A stretch of 59,998 nt of DNA, the filler included, from an uncultured Methanosarcinales archaeon (GTDB taxonomy: Archaea > Nanobdellota > Nanobdellia > Woesearchaeales > CAYSVS01): NCBI GenBank assembly GCA_964589485.1. It is 4 parts of 4 records of this genome, joined end to end, with 100 filler letters (N's around TTAATTAATTAA, not from the genome) between each part and the next. Parts side by side here need not be neighbours in the genome. Positions count along the whole stretch, not along the records: positions 36,603 to 48,795 come from CAZPRK010000019.1; positions 48,896 to 59,998 come from CAZPRK010000020.1; 2 more parts are not named here. One strand, written 5' to 3'. This document shows, in pieces, positions 43,165 through 51,900 of this stretch (position 1 is the first letter of the stretch; every line of letters begins with the position of its first letter). A program made the position numbers and the translations under genes. Below the pieces are notes generated by a model that saw nothing but the letters and a program-made list of their open reading frames with translations, was not told the origin of the DNA and searched no databases.

Positions 43165-43388
43165 CGGTTCTTTGTTTCAAGTCTATTAAGAACTTTTTTT
43201 GGTAGCTTAGCTTTTGGAGGTCTATTAAATCTCATGAATCTGTCAATATTGTTCTCATTATCCATTTTGAAGTCATTTTGATCAGGAACTTGAATATTAG
43301 ATATGTTTTTTAATCTCTCCTCAACTTTACTTTTATCCTTAACTTTTTTTACCTTATCTTTTTTCTTTTTCTTACTCATTATACTCAC
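43161..43388 (-). CDS. small basic hypothetical protein
   Basis: 75-aa ORF with a GGTGAG SD-like sequence at its 5' end. Confidence 0.55.
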   Translation of the reverse strand: MSIMSKKKKKDKVKKVKDKSKVEERLKNISNIQVPDQNDFKMDNENNIDRFMRFNRPPKAKLPKKVLNRLETKNR

Positions 43389-43469
43389 CTATATTAACAG
43401 AAAACTCTTTTATTTTTAAATTTTACTTATTGGTCTATGATATATTTTAAATAATATAAAAATTATAGT

Positions 43470-45398
43470 TTGATTATGAGCATTTTTTCAGATTGGTTTG
43501 GACATACTCCTAATTTAGAACCGTTTAAAGGAATTAGTATGGATATTACTGATTCTATTAAAAACTTAAAATCAATTGTAGATAATTACCATCAGAAAGT
43601 TGCTCTTTTATCGTATTTTGTTAAAAATTGGGATAAAGGAGATTTAGATAAATTAATTGATTTAATGCGTAAATTAAAAAAAATATGCAAATTTGATGTT
43701 TCGTATGAAAATGGAGAAGAAAAGTATATTTTAAGAGCTATTTCTAAAATAAATAAAATTATTGATAGAAATAAAACATCTCATAAGTTAGCTCAATCTA
43801 CTTTAGATGATTTAAAGTCATTTAAGACACAATTACATCCACTTTCTAAGATTTTATTGGCTCAGTTTGATTTTTTTGAAAAATATGATGATAAATTAAT
43901 GTTAGAAAATAAAAATATAGATCAATTATCTAAGTTAGTAAAACAAGAAGGAATTTTATTATTTGACATTAAAATATCAGATGAATGGCTGCCTATAGAT
44001 TATTTGAGACATATTAGGCTTAGAGTAAATTCTGAAATTTCAAATTCAGAAAATTTGTTTATGGATAACATTGGGCCTGAAGATGCAAGTGTAGCTAAAG
44101 GGTTAATCTTTCAAGAAAAAAATGCAAGGGTGGCATATAGTTTATTTTTACAATATAGTAGAAAAAAAATATTAAATTTGAGGACTCTTAATAATAAAGA
44201 CATAGCATTCAAACTTTATAATGAAGTTTATTTTAAAACTCTTCTTCAAATTATAAAAGATGAATTAATTTTGAAACAAATAAGTCGTGAAAAGCTAATA
44301 GGTTGGTTAAATTTCATTATAACAACTTGTATGGATATTGAATTAAACGGTGAGAATGCACAAAATATACTTTTCGAAAGTTCAAATTTGTTAATTAAAT
44401 TAGACTCTCAAAATTATAATAATTTTATTAGTAAAGCTAAATTTATTTTAAATACTAACCAAGTAGTAACTAATTATGACGATGCGATTAAAGACTTAGA
44501 ATATGCCAGACAATTATTTCCACAAAATAATGTAGAACTCTTAAAATTAAAATCTAGGTTAATGGCAAGAAAAGTTAATCATAATGAATTGTATAGTAAT
44601 GTTGAACCTACAGAAAAAGAAAAAAATTGGAGAAAAATAGGTAATATTAATTCAGCGGAAGCTGCTTATTCTAAAATATTAAATCTTTTATCAAATTTAG
44701 ATTTAAAACATAATAGAGAAATTTTAGCAGATGCTTTTAGAACTGCTGGATATGAAAAAATAATAGAAGCTGACTTCCAAGGAGCAAAGTTAACTAAACT
44801 CGACAGAAAAGAACTTGAGAAAATTTATGGAGTTAAAATTTATCCTATTACTTTGGTGGTTAGTACAGATAAATGGCAATTTTTAAAAGGTAAAAATTTA
44901 GATGGAATGTATAAAAAACTCAATTTAGAGGGTTGGATTGGTGGGGTAAATATATCTTCTAAAAAATTTGCTTATCCTTTTAATCAACTTGGTGGAATTA
45001 GAATTTTGTCTGAAAGTCATTACGATCCTCATGAAGATTTACATGGAACTTTTGACATTTATCAATTATCGACTCATCCAATAATAAATGAAATTTTTGC
45101 ATATAGGACAAATGTAAGGGATGGAACTAGAACTTGGAGAGGTGTAAGCTCTACTTTAATTGATAGGTATGTTTCTTATTTTTATCCAAAAATTAATAAT
45201 AAAGAAAGAAAACAACTTAAAAAAGAAATAAAACAAGCATGTAAATTAATGTTTTTAATGCAATCTTTATGGGATGAAAAAAAGATATCTAGCATTTTGC
45301 TGAAATGTAATAATTTAGAAGATTTACTTAAATATAAGGATGACTTAAATAAAGGTAAAAAAATAAAAAATTTATTTAATTTATTATGGAATTATTAA
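43470..45398 (+). CDS. large helical/TPR-like hypothetical protein with a C-terminal HEXXH motif
   Basis: YDDAIKDLEYARQLFPQN TPR-like segment; HEDLH...NEIFAY. Confidence 0.6.
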   Translation: MIMSIFSDWFGHTPNLEPFKGISMDITDSIKNLKSIVDNYHQKVALLSYFVKNWDKGDLDKLIDLMRKLKKICKFDVSYENGEEKYILRAISKINKIIDRNKTSHKLAQSTLDDLKSFKTQLHPLSKILLAQFDFFEKYDDKLMLENKNIDQLSKLVKQEGILLFDIKISDEWLPIDYLRHIRLRVNSEISNSENLFMDNIGPEDASVAKGLIFQEKNARVAYSLFLQYSRKKILNLRTLNNKDIAFKLYNEVYFKTLLQIIKDELILKQISREKLIGWLNFIITTCMDIELNGENAQNILFESSNLLIKLDSQNYNNFISKAKFILNTNQVVTNYDDAIKDLEYARQLFPQNNVELLKLKSRLMARKVNHNELYSNVEPTEKEKNWRKIGNINSAEAAYSKILNLLSNLDLKHNREILADAFRTAGYEKIIEADFQGAKLTKLDRKELEKIYGVKIYPITLVVSTDKWQFLKGKNLDGMYKKLNLEGWIGGVNISSKKFAYPFNQLGGIRILSESHYDPHEDLHGTFDIYQLSTHPIINEIFAYRTNVRDGTRTWRGVSSTLIDRYVSYFYPKINNKERKQLKKEIKQACKLMFLMQSLWDEKKISSILLKCNNLEDLLKYKDDLNKGKKIKNLFNLLWNY

Positions 45399-45486
45399 TG
45401 AGCCTACGAGGATTCGAACCCCGATCAATCGGTTTCATCATAAATGTTCCGAAGCCGACCGCACTAATCCATTATGCTATAGGCCC
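45399..45486 (-). tRNA. tRNA-Arg(UCG) with 15-nt canonical intron (45434-45448)
   Basis: GGGCCTA/TAGGCTC acceptor stem, GTCGG-CT-TCG-G[intron]A-CCGAT, T-loop TTCGAAT. Confidence 0.9.
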
Positions 45487-45524
45487 AATTATAATTAAAG
45501 ATCTTATTTAACCTATAAAAGTTT

Positions 45525-45812
45525 CTATTTTCGGTTAAGTATAATTTCAATTGTAGAAACTCTAACTTGTTTTCCTTCTTTGTTTTCAAATTCTTCAGAA
45601 TTAATATTTATTTCTTTAACTTCGACTTGTTCATCTAAAAACCTTTTGGTGGCAACTTCAGCTATGTCGACTGCTCTAGAAATAAACTTTCCTCTTGCTT
45701 TAATTTTAATTTCTTGTGCATTTTTTGTTGTAAATTGCATTACAACTCCGGTTACATAATTCATAAAAGGTTTTCCGCCAACAAAAATAGAATTGTCTTT
45801 GAAATCTTCCAT
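45525..45812 (-). CDS. albA: chromatin protein Alba
   Basis: [24 protein letters not shown] and VSTIEI motifs. Confidence 0.95.
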   Translation of the reverse strand: MEDFKDNSIFVGGKPFMNYVTGVVMQFTTKNAQEIKIKARGKFISRAVDIAEVATKRFLDEQVEVKEININSEEFENKEGKQVRVSTIEIILNRK

Positions 45813-45823
45813 TTAATTCACCT

Positions 45824-46018
45824 TTAAAATTCTTTTTTGATTTTTACTAATCTAGTTATGTAACCAGTTACTATGTTTTTTAATTTATTTGATGAAATAT
45901 CTAAATATTTTGTAACTAATTCTTTATTTTCTTTAAAATCTTCTTTGAATTCTGGACCGTGGTTTTTATATAAATTCACAGTCGTTCTCTTTATTAATTT
46001 AGTCTTAATTCTTCCCAT
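45824..46018 (-). CDS. rps17e: ribosomal protein eS17
   Basis: MGRIKTKLIKR...FKENK...KNIVTGYITR; true start at 46018. Confidence 0.93.
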   Translation of the reverse strand: MGRIKTKLIKRTTVNLYKNHGPEFKEDFKENKELVTKYLDISSNKLKNIVTGYITRLVKIKKEF

Positions 46019-46058
46019 GATGCTAGGATTTTTTAGTTGGTATATAAATCTTACGCAA

Positions 46059-47825
46059 TCAACCCCTTCCTCTTTGCATTTCATATAGTTCTTTTACATA
46101 ACTCAATTCACTAGGATTATTTTTATCTTCTCTTAATCTAATTACTCTTGGAAAACGTAATGCAAACCCTGAAGAATAATTAGTTGATTTTTGAATTTCT
46201 TCAAATTGAACTTCAATTATTATCTTAGGTTTAACTTTAATTTCTCTTCCATCTTCTTGTAAAATTAAAGGTTTTAATAATTTAGTCATTTCATCAAAAC
46301 TTAAACCTTCTCCTATTTCTTTAAAACCTGTTCCAACTTTACCAATTTCTAAAAAATCATCTCCTTTTTGACATGCTAATGAAAAACTACTTAACCAATT
46401 TGCTCTTTTTCCGGTTCCCCATTCTGCTCCAATTATAACTAAATCTAAAGTTTCCATTACTGGTTTTATTTTAAGTCCATAGCCAACTCTTGCACCTGGT
46501 TTGTATATGGCATCTAACTTTTTTGCCATTACGCCTTCCTCACCTAAATCTAAAGCTTTTTGATAAAATTGTTTAGCGTCTTCAACATTATCGGTAACTA
46601 ATTGTTCAGCTAAAACAATCTTACCTTTTTGTTCTGAAATTATTTTTTTAATTAACTTTCTTCTTTCAGAAAATGGCATATTTAATGTACTTTGACTAGC
46701 GAAAGCTAAAATATCAAAAACATTTACTATGATTGGAAACTTTTTTGCAATTTCTTCAATGTCGTATTTTCGTTTAATTCTTTGACTTATTTCTTGGAAA
46801 GGTAAATACTTATTATCTTTAAACCCTACAACTTCGCAATCTAAAATGAAATTATCTCCTGAAACATATTTGTCAATGTAAGAAACAACATCTGGGAATT
46901 GTTCGGTAACATCTTCTAAACTTCTTGTAAATAATTTTACAGTTTCTTTTTTGTGTACATTTAACCTAAACCCGTCGTACTTAAATTCTAATGCCATAGG
47001 TTTACCAAGTTTTTCAAAAGCATCTTCGATATTTTTTGCTTTAGGGTATAACATTGCTTTAACTGGTTTCATTACTTTTATTTTTATTTTATGTAATTCA
47101 TTATTTTTAGCAGCTATTGCAATTTCAACTAAATCTGAAACATCTAATGCCTCTTGTAATTTATTTATAATTTTATTATATTCTTCTCTTTCAAATTCAA
47201 TTTTTTCTAGTTTTTCTTCACATTCTATACATTTTTTTTCTATTGGGACTATATTTTTACATTTGGAACATTCAACTAAAAATTTAGTGTCAAGAAAAGC
47301 CCATGCTATTGCGTCTCTTATAGAACTTTCACCTACGCCAATTCTCATATCTTCTAAAATAAACCTTGTAATATACTTTGCTTCAATTGGCGAAGCGCAA
47401 GAATACAATTCTGAAATTAATTTAATTTTTTGGTCAACACTTTTATTTCCGGATATTGTACTTAATTTTACAATATTATCATATACTTTTTTAATTGTTA
47501 AATTTTGAGAAAATAAAGTTGATTGTTTTTTATTTGAAATTAATTTTTGAGCAACTTCACCTAGATCTCCTATTTTTTTCCATTCTTTTTCAATGTTAGC
47601 ATATCCTGTAGCTAAATTTAATGCTTTTATAACATATTTTGTACTTACTCCTAATTTTCTTTCATCCCATATATGAAACACACTTCCTTGCATCATAGGA
47701 ATAACTATATTAAAATCAGATTGTTTACATTTTTTAAGAAGTTGAGATACATAAAGTGTTTTAGCCAACCTTTTATTTTTAGCTTGAATTTTCTCATAAA
47801 ATTCAACTATGTCTGTGTACTGCAT
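46059..47825 (-). CDS. lig: ATP-dependent DNA ligase
   Basis: EFKYDGFR, LDCEVV, EEGVMAK, GKVGTG and ALRFPR motifs. Confidence 0.96.
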   Translation of the reverse strand: MQYTDIVEFYEKIQAKNKRLAKTLYVSQLLKKCKQSDFNIVIPMMQGSVFHIWDERKLGVSTKYVIKALNLATGYANIEKEWKKIGDLGEVAQKLISNKKQSTLFSQNLTIKKVYDNIVKLSTISGNKSVDQKIKLISELYSCASPIEAKYITRFILEDMRIGVGESSIRDAIAWAFLDTKFLVECSKCKNIVPIEKKCIECEEKLEKIEFEREEYNKIINKLQEALDVSDLVEIAIAAKNNELHKIKIKVMKPVKAMLYPKAKNIEDAFEKLGKPMALEFKYDGFRLNVHKKETVKLFTRSLEDVTEQFPDVVSYIDKYVSGDNFILDCEVVGFKDNKYLPFQEISQRIKRKYDIEEIAKKFPIIVNVFDILAFASQSTLNMPFSERRKLIKKIISEQKGKIVLAEQLVTDNVEDAKQFYQKALDLGEEGVMAKKLDAIYKPGARVGYGLKIKPVMETLDLVIIGAEWGTGKRANWLSSFSLACQKGDDFLEIGKVGTGFKEIGEGLSFDEMTKLLKPLILQEDGREIKVKPKIIIEVQFEEIQKSTNYSSGFALRFPRVIRLREDKNNPSELSYVKELYEMQRGRG

Positions 47826-47859
47826 AAAGTTTAAATATTATGACTCATTTAAATAGATT

Positions 47860-48531
47860 ATGGATACAATTGAGTGTATAAGAACAAGGAGAACAATTCG
47901 TAAATTTATGGATGTTCCAATTGCGTTTGATATTGTGTCTAACATTGTCGATTGTGGAAGATTAGCTCCAACTTGCGGCAATATTATGAATTTTAAATTT
48001 ATAGTTGTTTTAGAACCAGGAAAAAGAAGAGCTATAGCTGATGCTTGCTTACAACAACATTGGATGGCTTTAGCTCCTGCAATAATTATTATTGTTGCAG
48101 AACCAGTTGTTGCAAAAAGGTATTATGGAATAAGGGGAGAAAGGCTTTACACTGTACAAAATTGTGCAGCTGCAGCTCAAAATATTTTGTTGGCAGCAAA
48201 TCATTATGGGTTAGGTGCAGCATGGGTAAGTGGTTTTGATGAAAATATGGTTAAACGTATTTGTGGAATTCCTGATGAACACAGACCTCAAATTATTATT
48301 CCTGTTGGTTATCCTGATGAAAAAGTTCCAATGCCTCCAAAATATCCGTTAGAAAATGTTTTTTATTTTAATTCATGGAGAGCAAAAATAAAAGACGTTG
48401 TAGCATATTTTGGATGGACTTCTTTAAAGGTTCAAGAAGCTCTAGAAAATATGAAAGATAAATTTGGAGAAATCTCTGATAAAGTTTCTAAAAAAGTTGA
48501 TCAAATTAAAGAAGAGATTAAGAAAAAGTGA
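47860..48531 (+). CDS. nitroreductase family protein
   Basis: IRTRRTIRKF, AAAQNILLAA..GLGAAWV and IPVGYP motifs. Confidence 0.92.
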   Translation: MDTIECIRTRRTIRKFMDVPIAFDIVSNIVDCGRLAPTCGNIMNFKFIVVLEPGKRRAIADACLQQHWMALAPAIIIIVAEPVVAKRYYGIRGERLYTVQNCAAAAQNILLAANHYGLGAAWVSGFDENMVKRICGIPDEHRPQIIIPVGYPDEKVPMPPKYPLENVFYFNSWRAKIKDVVAYFGWTSLKVQEALENMKDKFGEISDKVSKKVDQIKEEIKKK

Positions 48532-48737
48532 AGTTGGGTATTTATCAACATTATAAAGGTAAGAAATATAGAGTTATTGCTTTTGCAAGACATAGCGAAA
48601 CATTAGAAGAAATGGTTGTATATCAAGCTTTATATACTTCTGAAGAATTTGGTGAAAATGCTGTTTGGGTCAGGCCTCAAAAGATGTTTTTCGAAGAAGT
48701 TAAAGGAGTTCCTAGGTTTAAGTTTATTGGGGGTTAA
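48528..48737 (+). CDS. DUF1653 family protein
   Basis: YQHYKG..Y.V...A.HSETLEEMVVYQALY..WVRP..MF...PRF. Confidence 0.92.
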   Translation: MKLGIYQHYKGKKYRVIAFARHSETLEEMVVYQALYTSEEFGENAVWVRPQKMFFEEVKGVPRFKFIGG

Positions 48738-48795
48738 TTGAATAATTCTCTCCCAACCCATCCCAATAAACCCAAAAACAAAGGGTAAATTATAA

Positions 48796-48895
48796 NNNNN
48801 NNNNNNNNNNNNNNNNNNNNNNNNNNNNNNNNNNNNNNNTTAATTAATTAANNNNNNNNNNNNNNNNNNNNNNNNNNNNNNNNNNNNNNNNNNNN
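48796..48895. other. artificial contig linker
   Basis: N run + TTAATTAATTAA + N run. Confidence 0.99.
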
Positions 48896-48932
48896 TGTCA
48901 TAACCTAAAACAAACTTAGGACACTTTTCTAT

Positions 48933-51900
48933 TTAACTGTCAAACTTGGGGTTTAAAGCTTCTGCACCATTTTCGAAATTCTTTGATGTCTTAGCAAAAT
49001 TTTTAATAACATCATCATCAGCACCTCCTAAATATGCAAAAAAAGCTTTACTGTTTTCAGCACCTTTACTAAATACAGAAATACTTCCCTTAACAATTTC
49101 AACCAATTTCCCAGGAGATCTTGCAATCAACTTCACACTACCTATCATCAACTGAGGTACACTAAGAATAGTATCTGCAGCATCTTTAACTGCCTTCGTA
49201 CCAATAGTTTTTGCCATTTCTGGTAAATTATTCTTCAAAAATACTTTCACAGTAGCAATACTTCCATCAAAAACTTCTCCAGCAAGTCCAGTTCCTCCTG
49301 CAGTAGCAATAGCTGCACCCCAAGTCGCATAATCATATGCAGTAGCTGCATGAGTTATTCCACAAATTAATCCTTCTACTGGATCATTGTCAATAATTTG
49401 CAAATAAAAAGGATTTACTGGAAGATACTCTTTACATTTCCAACTGTCTCTTGCATCTACTATTAATTCAACAACAGGAATCATGTTACAAGTTATTTCC
49501 TCAGCAGTTGGATGTTTTGCGCCTTCAAACTTTCCATCCCATAAACAAGCAACAACTGAATCAGAAAAATCCCAACTTGAATTTGGACCTTTAGTGATAA
49601 TGTTTTTCATAGCAAGAATATTATCATAAATTTCATCATCAGAACGCAATACCAATGCATAATGCTCAGTGTCCCAAACATTTTTTTGTATAGACATTGA
49701 ACTTTTTTCTTTACTTACAAAAGGAAGACATGCTATTGCATTATTATCTTTTTCTGTTCCAACTAAAACTAAAGTATGTTCATCTAATTTTGAATGAGAA
49801 TTACATCCTACTTGTGAAGATTCTAATACAGAAATAGTTCCAGCATCTTCATAACGATCATCAATAACATCTTGTAATTTATTTATTTCTTCAAGTAAAT
49901 TATTTCCAGGATTATCTGGAACAACAAAAATAATATCCTGCTCTACAAAAAGTTCATCAGTATCTTTAAATGCTTTAGATGTTTGTTGTATGTAGGGATA
50001 ATCTGAATAAATTGTTTTTATTTCACTTGCATCGGAAACTCTACCTAACAAAGGCCAATTTATACCTTTCATCAAAGAAACATCTCTTCGATAATGTGGA
50101 ACTACAAAATCATCTCCAATAATTAATAATTTTCCTAAGTCACATGAATTTTTACATTTATTCTTAATAAAATCTGCAACTTTAAGAGAATATACATTAT
50201 TAATATAAGAATAATCATAATCTTCTTTATAATCATTAAAACTTTGCCAAGGTCTTTCACCGATTTGTTCATAATACAAGTCATAAACTATGCCGTTATT
50301 CCTTTCAGCATTTTTGTATGCAGATTCAATTAAATCTACAACTTCTACTTCAGCAGTAAAAGGAAATTCTTGATCTAAAGCTTGACTATCGGTTAAAATA
50401 ATAAAACTAGGATCATTTATTATTTCAATTTTAAATACATATTTTCCTGAAATAATTGAGTAAGTTCCAATTGCATTTTGATCAATAGCTAATTTAAATT
50501 TATTAGGGCCCTTAACAACACTCAATTTATTATCATTATATTCACCATTTAAAAGCATAAAATCATTTGGAAGATCTAAGCTGATTTTTTGAATGTCAAC
50601 AGAATCAATAGTAAGAGTTAACAAATCATTTGGTTGCTTAAAAATAGTAATATCGCTTTTAGCATTACCATCTACTTTCATAGAATAACCAAATTGACGA
50701 ATACATTCACCTGAGACACAACCAAACTCACATTTCTCTAATAATGTTCTTGATGAATCATAACTACATGATGATGAAACTGTTCCAGGATTATTACAAA
50801 CTCCACTGCCTGAAGTAATATACAAATCTCCACCTGAACAAAACGGTCTATCTACAAAATAAGAATTACTACAATCATTATTATTGTTACAAGAAATATC
50901 TAAACAAACTCCATTAGAACATTTACTTCCCGGATTACATTGTTGTACAGTTCTAATTTCCGTAGTACAATCTATTTTTCGGTAAACTTTTTGAACATTT
51001 TGTTCATCTGAACAAAAATTAGTTCCAATAAATCCTTCTTTACAAGAAGTAGCTAAATCAAAAGTAACTAATGCCTGGTCATAATTTAATCCGTCTGAAA
51101 CTAAAACCCTTACACTCCTATCTCCTGCCTCAGGGTCTTCAATTATAAAATCACTTTCAGCATTTGTATTTTCATCACAGTTATCACAATCTCCTTGACA
51201 ACTATCCCAATTCCAACCACCTAAAAAAATACCAGATTGAGAATTATCATTCCAATAATCAAAACATGTAAATTTAATATCTCCTATGTGATTATTATTG
51301 TTAACACCAATAATTCCTCCACTTGAAACACACCGATTACTTTCAACATTATTTGTACATCTAGGACTTGAAAGAACTGCTTTAAAAGGAACACATGCTC
51401 CATTCTGACAAATATTATTATCTTTACAAGTTTCTTGAGGATATTCTACTTCATTACACCTATAATCTATATTTTTTACATAAATACTATTCCCATTACA
51501 ATAAGGATCAGAAGTTTTAGGTTCACAAAACTCATTAGTTATACATTGGCCAACTTCACACACTTTTTCGCCACATTCTTCTATTAAAACAAAATCTTCT
51601 TTTTCACAGTTCAAAATAAATTTTCTATAAACATCATTATCTCGGCAAACTTTAGCCAACGCTTGTTTAGGGGTAGGGCATTCTGCATCAGGATCATAAT
51701 CGCATGTATAAATTCTATCAAAACCTACTGCTTTTTGATAACCTTTAGCATCTTTATGATAATAATCTCCATTACAATCATTTGTACACTTTACATCCGG
51801 TATATAATCGTATTGAATCGCACCTAATTTAATACTTTTATCACACCAATCTTCCGGAATATTTTCAGTAGTAAGATATTTTTCAATATTCAAATTTTGT

